Shown here: positions 6,675 through 13,429 of the stretch, piece by piece
Position numbering within the stretch: position 1 is the first letter of the stretch
Layout of the letters: every line of letters begins with the position of its first letter
Virus record (IMG/VR): IMGVR_UViG_3300027386_000002
Location: 1-39,409 of that record
Origin: a virus
Direction: 5' to 3' (one strand)
Length of the DNA: 39,409 bases
Translations under genes and position numbers: made by a program
The notes under the pieces: generated by a model
Told to the model about the DNA's origin: nothing
What the model saw: the letters and a program-made list of their open reading frames with translations, nothing else
Databases searched by the model: none

Positions 6675-7965
6675 CGGATTCCTCGTTTGGTTGGTCGTCC
6701 GGCTGATCGATTGGCGGCTGTCTGGGTATGCCCTTCTCCACGAGCTTCATATCAGCCCTAAGCTGGGCCTCGAGGTCGTCGTCCGGGACGATGAAGCCAC
6801 CGCGCCCGAGGCGCTCGATGTGCTCGGCGATGCGAAAGACGCGGGTGGCGTCGAGGTTGGCCCACCGCATCAGCGGCCTAGGCGCCGCATCCCCGAAGTT
6901 GAAGGCCACCAGCTTCTTTATGATATCAATATTAATGGCATCGACCACCTCGTCGAGCAGCGAGCCGAGCACGTTGAACAGTATCTCGTAGAGGTCGGAG
7001 GACAAGGAGCGGTTGGCCGTTTCACTTTCAGACAGGTCGAGGATATGGCTGAACAGCGAGCGGCTGATCTCTAGGTTGTAGTACCGGAAGCGGCCCAGTA
7101 TGTCCACCTCCGGGCGGGCCGACTGCAAGTACTCGAGCTCGAGCCGGTCCTTGGGCAGCAGCAGGTAGGACGACTGATGGGAGGTCATGCGACTAAGCAG
7201 CCCACGGAAAACGTTGCGCTCCGCCAGAGAGACCTCTTCCTCGTAGCGTCCCACCGGCAGGGGCATCAGTTGCCGTCGCGTCCCCAGCAGGTCGGCGTAG
7301 AACAGTTGCAGCTTGGCGAACCAAGGGCGATAACAGGAGCGCAACAGGCTGCGGCCGCGGTGGCTGTCGCCGATGGAGTAGGGCGAGAAGTAGCAGAGCC
7401 GGTCGCGTAGCAGTGTTATCTGTTGGGGCATGTCGTTGTCGTCGTTGACCTGCTGGACGACACTCGTGACGTGGCCCCTATCGTCGTTAAATTCCTCGAT
7501 ACTGTTCTGCCACCGGAACTCAGTCGACAGGGTGTTAGCGCCGTCCATGAACGGATAGGCCAGCTCGTGGATCGAGAAGCCATGCTCCAGCGAGGTGAGC
7601 ATTTCCCTGAGCAGCTTGCGGAAGTTGGCGCGCGGGTTGGGGTCGACAGCGTCGTCGAGGCCCAACTCGTTGGCGACGAAGGAGCGGACCGTCTCGTCGC
7701 CACCCTCCAGCGTGAACGTCGAGCTGAGCAAAGGGGACTTGAGCAGCAGCAGGTCGGACGCCACCTGGCTGTCGTCGCGGGCCATGAACCCATAAATGAG
7801 ATTCGAGCGGCGACCGGCCAGACTACTGGTGTCGTAGTCCCCGAGGTTATCGTCTATAGGCGGTATCGGCGAGGCGTCGGCGAACGGTGCCCAAGCGATG
7901 GGGCTCAGGTCGTAGTCGTAATCACCTTGCGAGTAGAAGTTGCCCAGCGAGTTGAATAGTCCCAT
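6652..7965 (-). CDS. Portal protein (437 aa from ATG 7965)
   Basis: It is a large ORF directly upstream of the protease gene. The track start at 8016 is TTG, and alternative ATG starts lie at 8007 and 7965. ATG 7965 lies 8 nt after a TAAGTT -10-like box and avoids overlap with the divergent gene. Confidence 0.7.
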   Translation of the reverse strand: MGLFNSLGNFYSQGDYDYDLSPIAWAPFADASPIPPIDDNLGDYDTSSLAGRRSNLIYGFMARDDSQVASDLLLLKSPLLSSTFTLEGGDETVRSFVANELGLDDAVDPNPRANFRKLLREMLTSLEHGFSIHELAYPFMDGANTLSTEFRWQNSIEEFNDDRGHVTSVVQQVNDDNDMPQQITLLRDRLCYFSPYSIGDSHRGRSLLRSCYRPWFAKLQLFYADLLGTRRQLMPLPVGRYEEEVSLAERNVFRGLLSRMTSHQSSYLLLPKDRLELEYLQSARPEVDILGRFRYYNLEISRSLFSHILDLSESETANRSLSSDLYEILFNVLGSLLDEVVDAINIDIIKKLVAFNFGDAAPRPLMRWANLDATRVFRIAEHIERLGRGGFIVPDDDLEAQLRADMKLVEKGIPRQPPIDQPDDQPNEESDDEPTEE

Positions 7966-7969
7966 GGTG

Positions 7970-7998
7970 TTGAAACTTACAGATTCTTTCGCTAAAAT
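7970..7998 (+). promoter_or_regulatory. sigma70-type promoter TTGAAA-17 nt-TAAAAT for the packaging operon
   Basis: The -35 box is at 7970-7975 and the -10 box at 7993-7998. The ATG at 8006 lies 7 nt after the -10 box and has no SD, which implies a leaderless or near-leaderless mRNA. Confidence 0.55.
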
Positions 7999-8002
7999 AC
8001 AA
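7974..8002 (-). promoter_or_regulatory. Candidate divergent promoter TTGTAT-17 nt-TAAGTT for the head operon
   Basis: The minus-strand -35 box is at 8002-7997 and the -10 box at 7979-7974, followed by 8 nt and then ATG 7965. The match to consensus is weaker than for the plus-strand partner. Confidence 0.35.
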
Positions 8003-8005
8003 ACC

Positions 8006-8386
8006 ATGAGATTCAAGAGCGAGGCCGCGTTTCAGAAGCACGTCATAGCCATAGCCAAGCTGGGCGGCTGGGAGGTCTTCCATCAGGGGGACATGCGCCA
8101 CATCCTCTCGGGCGTGGGCTATCCCGACCTAACGCTCATCAGCCAGCGTGAGCCGCGCGTGATTTTCGCTGAGTTGAAGACGGACAAAGGCGAGAGGAGC
8201 GCGGAGCAGGTCAGATACGCCGCAGTAATCTCGTCGTTGGGCATCCGGGGCGTCGAGTACTATCTATGGAGGCCCAAGCACCTTGAGAAGATCAAGCAGG
8301 TGCTCAAAGGAACGGGCGATCCGGAGCGAAGACGACGCTTCACCGCCACGCTGGGACTCATGCTAAAGGAGAGCAACAAGAGATGA
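8006..8386 (+). CDS. VRR-NUC family PD-(D/E)XK nuclease (126 aa)
   Basis: It carries GYPDLTLI...VIFAELKTDKGERSAEQ, the classic VRR-NUC D...E.K...Q pattern. The track ORF begins upstream at 7940, but ATG 8006 fits the promoter. Confidence 0.75.
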   Translation: MRFKSEAAFQKHVIAIAKLGGWEVFHQGDMRHILSGVGYPDLTLISQREPRVIFAELKTDKGERSAEQVRYAAVISSLGIRGVEYYLWRPKHLEKIKQVLKGTGDPERRRRFTATLGLMLKESNKR

Positions 8387-8667
8387 ACATATGCGGAGCA
8401 CCATGCTCACGGACGGGCAACGGGATATGTAAAAACAAGGTTAGGCGCAAGGGCCAACTATGCTATGCCCACAAAGACCTCAAGCACTTCACTCAGTTGG
8501 ACATAGCCGAAGTCGTCCAGCTCCTCATCGTAGAGGGCCGCAGAGGGCTTGACAGCTTGGATACGATAGAAGACCCAAGCGCTCGCGCTCTGGCCACCAG
8601 AGAGGCTTGCCGCTGCTTCTCGACGATGGCGGCCTTATGCAAGCAATTCCAGGTCAAGTTCGAGTAA
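8383..8667 (+). CDS. Small zinc-ribbon protein (94 aa); possible small terminase by position
   Basis: AAGGAGAG precedes the ATG, and its start forms an ATGA overlap with the upstream stop. The N-terminus is CGAPC...C.N.V..KGQLCYAH. It lies directly upstream of the packaging ATPase. Confidence 0.6.
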   Translation: MNICGAPCSRTGNGICKNKVRRKGQLCYAHKDLKHFTQLDIAEVVQLLIVEGRRGLDSLDTIEDPSARALATREACRCFSTMAALCKQFQVKFE

Positions 8668-8668
8668 C

Positions 8669-9682
8669 ATGGCAATAAAGGTCAACGCATCGGGAGGGGA
8701 GCACGACCTGTGGCTGCCCGGCGACGAGCGCATCGAGGACTTGGAGCTGTTCACCAGCCAGCAGTTGGGCATGAACATCACGCCGGAGATGGTCCTTTCC
8801 CGCAGCAAGAAGAACCAGCAGTACAAGCGGGCCACGGCGCTGACCCGGCAGCAGGTCGACACCATCCTGTCGGTCAAGGAGCACCGGCGCACCGTCGTCC
8901 GGGGAGCGCACAGCCTGGGCAAGTCCGTGGCCATAGGCGTCTTGGGCTGTTGGTGGCTGACGCGCAAACGCGACAACATGGTGCTGATGGCGTCCGCCAA
9001 AGAGGATCAGGTGTCCAAGGTGCTGTTCCCCAACATGTTGGGCCACTACGTCCGGGCGTTCGGTAGGCGCGGCAAGCTGGGCGCACTGCAGGTCTATCCC
9101 GACCAGCTCGCCCATCCCAAGTGGTGCGCCATAGGCATCAGCGGCCAGAACACCGAGGCTTTCGCCAGCTACCACCCGCACGGCGACGGCGAGGTCTTGC
9201 TGGTAATCGATGAGGGCAGCGCCATGACCGACGCGCTGGCGCAGGCGGCCGAGGGGCTGATAAGCAGCGAGGCGGCGCGGATAGTGGTGCTGGGCAACCC
9301 GCTCAACACCCAGCCGCGCGATCCCTTCCGCGCCTTGTTCACCGACAAGCAGTACAATAGGATTCACTGGAAGACCAGCGAGCATCCCAACATCCAGCAT
9401 CAGAGGCCGATCTATCCTGGTTGCATCTCCCAAAAATGGATCAACGAGATGATTGAACGGCACGGGTTAGAGTCCGACCAGGTTCAGGCGCGTTGCTTCG
9501 GGGAGTTCCCGCCCATCAAGACCGACTCCGAGAAGGGCAAGCTCATCGACGTGAATGCCGTTGCCCAGTCATCGGGCTTGACCGTCGAGGAGATATTGGC
9601 CGAGATGCACAGCGAGGAACCGGAAGTAAAGGACCTGTTCCATTTCGTGGGGCAGGGACACACCTACTCACAGGGGGTATGA
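8669..9682 (+). CDS. Terminase large subunit, ATPase domain only (337 aa)
   Basis: It has Walker A VRGAHSLGKS and Walker B VLLVIDEGS, plus a linker-like motif FGEFP. The ORF stops about 60 aa later, with no RNaseH-like nuclease domain. Confidence 0.7.
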   Translation: MAIKVNASGGEHDLWLPGDERIEDLELFTSQQLGMNITPEMVLSRSKKNQQYKRATALTRQQVDTILSVKEHRRTVVRGAHSLGKSVAIGVLGCWWLTRKRDNMVLMASAKEDQVSKVLFPNMLGHYVRAFGRRGKLGALQVYPDQLAHPKWCAIGISGQNTEAFASYHPHGDGEVLLVIDEGSAMTDALAQAAEGLISSEAARIVVLGNPLNTQPRDPFRALFTDKQYNRIHWKTSEHPNIQHQRPIYPGCISQKWINEMIERHGLESDQVQARCFGEFPPIKTDSEKGKLIDVNAVAQSSGLTVEEILAEMHSEEPEVKDLFHFVGQGHTYSQGV

Positions 9683-10500
9683 TGAGACTACTATCGAACG
9701 ACGAGATCAAGGCCGGGTGTCAGGCGGCCAACATCATCCAGATGAGAGGTTGGGGCATCCGCGCCAACAGTCCCTTGGTCGGCAAGGGCGCGTTGGTCGA
9801 GGTGAAGGTGCAGGGCGGTGAGTGGTCCAACGCCAAAACGGGCGAGTCCGGGCAGATATGGAACATAGAGGCTTCATTCGTTCAGGAGATAGACGACCGC
9901 TCCGAGATCATGAACGTGCTCGACCGGATCATGGGCGAGGGGCCGATAGGGTTGTATGAGGATATATTCGCTCAGGGGTTTCGCAACCAGTTCGCCGCGA
10001 TATGCTGCCAAGGCAACATGCCAAGGGCACGGACGTTGATGCCGGCGTTCAAGCCCGAGGCGGAAGCATCGACCAGCGCCGCCAAGCGCGGATGCGCCAA
10101 CAGGGAGACCGAGGTAGCGGTGGAGTTTCAGGACATAATGAGCAATGCGACGACGAAGTGGTCGCCCTTCCAGCGACGCAACTATGCCAGGCCGAGGGAC
10201 AAGGCCGCGATCCACGGGCGCGAGTTGGCCAAGGCTACTACCATAGCCGTGGCGACGCATCCGACGCAACAGGGGATTAGTAGGATCAACCGCAGCAAAG
10301 GGGAGCAGCCCGCTCTGGATGCGCTATTGGCCGGTTGTTGGATACTCAATCGGGAGATCCAGAGGAGGTCGTTCAGGCCAAAGGCGGGGCCCAGAGCCGA
10401 CGAGCGTGGGGCATCACTGGACAGCGCCACGATGGCGCGATCGGTAGCAGAATCATCCCGACTCGACGGGGGCATCCTCCGTTTTCCTCGACAGCAATAG
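9679..10500 (+). CDS. Hypothetical protein (273 aa)
   Basis: Its start forms an ATGA overlap with the preceding stop. The N-terminal 110 aa or so look globular (KGALVEVKVQGGEWSNAKTGESGQIWNIEA has a weak OB-fold flavour). The C-terminal half is low complexity. The last 20 codons are read out of conserved element copy B. Confidence 0.5.
   Translation: MMRLLSNDEIKAGCQAANIIQMRGWGIRANSPLVGKGALVEVKVQGGEWSNAKTGESGQIWNIEASFVQEIDDRSEIMNVLDRIMGEGPIGLYEDIFAQGFRNQFAAICCQGNMPRARTLMPAFKPEAEASTSAAKRGCANRETEVAVEFQDIMSNATTKWSPFQRRNYARPRDKAAIHGRELAKATTIAVATHPTQQGISRINRSKGEQPALDALLAGCWILNREIQRRSFRPKAGPRADERGASLDSATMARSVAESSRLDGGILRFPRQQ
10421..10437 (+). repeat. Left copy of a perfect 17-bp direct repeat (acagcgccacgatggcg) flanking element copy B
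   Basis: The identical 17-mer recurs at 10542-10558. It contains the mini-hairpin cgcca-cga-tggcg. Confidence 0.9.
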
Positions 10501-10539
10501 TCCCGTACGGCGCGGAGTAAGGGGCCTCAATCCAGACCT
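10457..10539 (+). repeat. Conserved approximately 83-nt element, copy B
   Basis: It aligns with copies A and C. It lacks the upstream GTGGATA heptamers and sits inside a 104-nt segment (10438-10541) bounded by the 17-bp direct repeats. Confidence 0.85.
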
Positions 10540-10541
10540 GA

Positions 10542-10558
10542 ACAGCGCCACGATGGCG
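10542..10558 (+). repeat. Right copy of the 17-bp direct repeat
   Basis: acagcgccacgatggcg is identical to 10421-10437. Confidence 0.9.
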
Positions 10559-10635
10559 TGGTTGTAAGTTTAGCTTGGCTTAGGCGGCCAAAAAGAGGGC
10601 CGCCACGCCATAGCTTGAGTTATAGGATAGCACAC

Positions 10636-10687
10636 GGGCCGCCCTCGTCGCGCTGACGCGCGTTTTCGGGCGGCCCTTCTCTTTGTT
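10636..10687 (+). terminator. Rho-independent-type terminator after the packaging block
   Basis: The stem GGGCCGCCC / GGGCGGCCC encloses an inner cgcg hairpin and is followed by TTCTCTTTGTT. Confidence 0.5.
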
Positions 10688-11063
10688 CGGACGTCTTAGA
10701 TTTGAACTTAGGTAGTAGTCGCGTTTTGCCCCTCCCCACCCCCCGGGCCTTCCATTCTTGATAATCGTTATTTAAGGAGTAAAAACAGCAGATAGGGAGC
10801 GGGTGGTTGGTGGCGGGTTGGTCTGGCGTGGTTGGGCTTGGGTGCTGGAGAGCGCACAGTCTGGTGTGTGTAGTGGGCGGGTGCGCTGGCAGTCTCTACC
10901 GTCTTGTGTAGTTGTCCCCTTTAGGTGTTACCTTCTGTTCCCTTTGGGTATCAGTGCGCGTGCCGGTTGTGGCCGCGTGGCTGGGTGCATGTTTTGCACG
11001 TTGTAAGCAATTGTCTTGCAACGAGTTATGGGCAAGTTAATTGTTTCACATGGAACAATAGTT

Positions 11064-11080
11064 TGGCATGGTTTTTGCAT
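11064..11080 (+). promoter_or_regulatory. sigma54 (RpoN)-type -24/-12 promoter upstream of the first early gene
   Basis: TGGCATG-GTTT-TTGCAT matches the consensus TGGCACG-N4-TTGCW at 11 of 12 specified positions with exact spacing. It lies 41 nt upstream of ATG 11121. Confidence 0.6.
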
Positions 11081-11120
11081 ATATAGGGGTAACAGCAGTT
11101 CACTTCTCAGGAGGCTTGAG

Positions 11121-11486
11121 ATGAGAGTTATAGTTTGCGGTGGCAGAGATTATCACGATAGCGAGCGGGTCTGGCGGGTGCTGGACGGTATCCATGCGAG
11201 GGAGTGCATCCACGTCGTAGGGCATGGAGCGGCGCGGGGAGCGGATAGCTTGGCGGGAGCGTGGGCGAGGGAGCGCGGCGTGATGGAGTTCGCACGTCCA
11301 GCGCAGTGGACGGAGTATGGTAGAGCGGCGGGGCCAAGGCGCAATAGCGAGTTGCTCAGGGAAGTGAAGCCAGCGCTGGTGGTGGTGTTCCCCGGCGGAG
11401 CAGGCACGGCGGATATGCGGAGGAAGGCGCAGCGGCAGCGGGGCGTGAAGGTGGTGACGGTCGCCGAGTCGGGAGGTTCGTCGTGA
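11121..11486 (+). CDS. SLOG-superfamily DUF2493-like protein (121 aa)
   Basis: AGGAGG precedes the ATG. The blocks MRVIVCGGRDY...GHGAARGADSLAGAWARERGV...GPRRNSELL...VVVFPGGAGTADM match the DUF2493 pattern as I know it. Confidence 0.8.
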   Translation: MRVIVCGGRDYHDSERVWRVLDGIHARECIHVVGHGAARGADSLAGAWARERGVMEFARPAQWTEYGRAAGPRRNSELLREVKPALVVVFPGGAGTADMRRKAQRQRGVKVVTVAESGGSS

Positions 11487-11635
11487 ACCGCTTGGCGGTG
11501 GTGGCTTGGTGGGTATTGGTGGCCCTCGTCGTGGCGTCCGGCGGCCTGCTCGCGCCGCTGTTGTTGGTCGGGCTGGCATGGAAGAACCGGCCCGACCACG
11601 TACACCAGCCCGAATGGCTGAAGTGGTTGTGGTGA
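11483..11635 (+). CDS. Small membrane protein (50 aa)
   Basis: It starts at a GTG that forms a GTGA overlap with the upstream stop, with GGGAGG 7 nt upstream. It has one hydrophobic helix, VAWWVLVALVVASGGLLAPLLLVGLAW. It falls below the track cutoff. Confidence 0.5.
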   Translation: MNRLAVVAWWVLVALVVASGGLLAPLLLVGLAWKNRPDHVHQPEWLKWLW

Positions 11636-11723
11636 TAGTGCGTCCCCTCGTGGGACGCGGAGTGTTACCCAAGGGTTTGGGGGCCAGCACATAACCGCGC
11701 ACACGCGCAGGAGGATTGAGAAG

Positions 11724-11870
11724 ATGAAGACCTACGTCATAAGAACATGCGAAGGCGATGAGGAGGTCGCGTTACTCATAGAGAAGTGGGAAAGCTACGG
11801 ATGCTATCTGCACAGTTGGCAGTACGACAGAGAACACAACGAATGGATTATGGTATTTAAGGAGGGCTGA
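11724..11870 (+). CDS. Hypothetical small protein (48 aa)
   Basis: AGGAGG precedes ATG 11724, and the ORF is tightly packed against the next gene. It falls below the track cutoff. Confidence 0.5.
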   Translation: MKTYVIRTCEGDEEVALLIEKWESYGCYLHSWQYDREHNEWIMVFKEG

Positions 11871-11871
11871 C

Positions 11872-12066
11872 ATGAAACTCTGTTCAGACTTCGCCAGTGG
11901 GCCGCGGTTCGATGAGGCGCGGCACGAATTCGAGCGGCTGGAATCCGACCCCGACGCCACGCCGAGGCAGAGGGCCAGCGCATACAAGCGAATGATGAAG
12001 GCGCATAGGGCGCTACGAGTAGAGGCGACGGGCAAGGCCAAGCGACAGACGAAGGCATGGGAGTAG
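11872..12066 (+). CDS. Hypothetical protein (64 aa)
   Basis: The ORF has GGAGGG upstream and sits in the co-directional early block. Confidence 0.6.
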   Translation: MKLCSDFASGPRFDEARHEFERLESDPDATPRQRASAYKRMMKAHRALRVEATGKAKRQTKAWE

Positions 12067-12070
12067 GGCC

Positions 12071-12382
12071 ATGACCAACGCGCAAGAAACCTTCCTAGAG
12101 CGATTGCTTTTGAGCTCCGCCATCCCGCCAGCCGTTCGCAAGGATGCCCGTCGAGTCATGGCAGACCCGGAGGTGGGCGTTGAGCAGGTGACCATGTTGA
12201 TTGACCGAGTCAAGCAGATCATGGACGAAGCCCCACCGAAGGACCAGAGACCGGCAGCGTGGCGCGTGGCCAGCTTGCAAGCCAAGGTGAAGTATTACAA
12301 CCGGCGCGGCAGCAAGGCCAGCATCAAGCCGCTGGTGGCCGACATTGAATGGCTCGCAGAGCAGAAGGAGGTAGCACAATGA
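12071..12382 (+). CDS. Hypothetical protein (103 aa)
   Basis: The ORF is tightly spaced in the operon. Confidence 0.65.
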   Translation: MTNAQETFLERLLLSSAIPPAVRKDARRVMADPEVGVEQVTMLIDRVKQIMDEAPPKDQRPAAWRVASLQAKVKYYNRRGSKASIKPLVADIEWLAEQKEVAQ

Positions 12383-12798
12383 AGACTCGCATGAGATGGA
12401 ACTGCCAAAGCGACGGCTGCTTTTTCGACAAGAAGGTCGCAAGACTCGAAGACTTTGATGACTGCTTTGGTGGCAAGATAGGCATGACGGACGTCGATGG
12501 ACTGGTCGAGCGCAACGGGCACTTCCTGTTCGTTGAATGGAAAGCACCGGAAGAGAAGCTGCCAATGGGCCAACGCATTCTATTTGAGCAACTGACGAAG
12601 TTGTCAGACAAGGTCGTCGTCGTAGTGATACATGGTCATTCATCCATGAGCCAAGGATCGCACCCAGTTCAATACCAGACAGCCTACAAGGGAAGATGGT
12701 CGGCAGTGGAAGAAACCAACATAGACCGGCTAAGAGGATTCCTAAAGCGGTGGTACACGTGGGCAGACAACCAAGGAGACTTTCAATGGCACATGTAG
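12379..12798 (+). CDS. PD-(D/E)XK nuclease, VRR-NUC-like (139 aa)
   Basis: Its ATG forms an ATGA overlap with the upstream stop and GAAGGAGG lies upstream. The pattern GMTDVDGLVERNGHFLFVEWKAPEEKLPMGQ fits D...E.K...Q. Confidence 0.6.
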   Translation: MKTRMRWNCQSDGCFFDKKVARLEDFDDCFGGKIGMTDVDGLVERNGHFLFVEWKAPEEKLPMGQRILFEQLTKLSDKVVVVVIHGHSSMSQGSHPVQYQTAYKGRWSAVEETNIDRLRGFLKRWYTWADNQGDFQWHM

Positions 12799-13313
12799 CT
12801 AAAAACTCGGGCAACAATGAATGGTACACGCCACCAGAGATAATCGAGGCGGCGCGTAGGACGATGGGGAGGATAGACCTTGATCCGGCTTCAAACGAAG
12901 TAGCGCAACGCTGGATAGATGCGGGGAGCTACTACACGAAAGAGGACGACGGATTGCTCTTGTCGTGGGGAGGGCGCGTCTGGTTGAATCCGCCATACGA
13001 AGCGAAGCTGATCGGCCAGTTCGTGGACAAGCTGATCTCCTCAACTGGCATAGAGCAGGCCATCACCTTGACCAACAATGCCACCGAGACCAAGTGGGGT
13101 CAGAAGATATTGGCCAGCGCCAACGCCATCTGCTTCCCAAGCCAGCGCGTCAAGTTCCTCCGCCCCGAAGGCGAAAAGGGCAGCCCATTGCAGGGACAAA
13201 TGATAGCTGGTTTTGGCGTGGACAGAGTGCGCTTTGAGCAGGAGTTTGCACCACTGGGCGCGGTAGTCTTCACCTTGGTTCACTTGGGTAACAGTGATGT
13301 TTCCTTTAGGTAA
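12786..13313 (+). CDS. Phage Dam-type DNA N6-adenine methyltransferase (175 aa)
   Basis: It carries NEWYTPPEII, DLDPAS and WLNPPY (the catalytic NPPY), which match the phage N6A methylase family layout. Confidence 0.85.
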   Translation: MAHVAKNSGNNEWYTPPEIIEAARRTMGRIDLDPASNEVAQRWIDAGSYYTKEDDGLLLSWGGRVWLNPPYEAKLIGQFVDKLISSTGIEQAITLTNNATETKWGQKILASANAICFPSQRVKFLRPEGEKGSPLQGQMIAGFGVDRVRFEQEFAPLGAVVFTLVHLGNSDVSFR

Positions 13314-13356
13314 CACTTAGACGAAGGGGTTCATTGTGCCACAACAAGTTACAAGG

Positions 13357-13373
13357 TGGCACGGATTTTGCAA
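13357..13373 (+). promoter_or_regulatory. sigma54 (RpoN)-type -24/-12 promoter, perfect consensus
   Basis: TGGCACG-GATT-TTGCAA lies in the 116-nt gap between genes, 57 nt upstream of ATG 13430. Its -24 box is the right arm of the inverted repeat GTGCCAC-N13-GTGGCAC (13336-13362). Confidence 0.7.
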
Positions 13374-13429
13374 CGTAGTAGGACAACAGCAGAAGGGCAA
13401 TCCAGCCCACCAAACGAAGGAGAAGTGAG

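Noticed and set aside
9493-9678. An upstream extension of the 9679-10500 ORF (track start 9493)
   Set aside because: The extension overlaps the end of the terminase gene in another frame and is Arg-rich nonsense. An ATG at 9679 that forms an ATGA overlap with the upstream stop fits better.
11016-11043. TTGCAACG box as a third sigma54 promoter or a sigma70 promoter
   Set aside because: Only one G is present at the -24 position (AAGCAAT), and the best -10 candidate (TAATTG) is poor. A related weak GG-N10-GC match at 10984-10998 was also not called.
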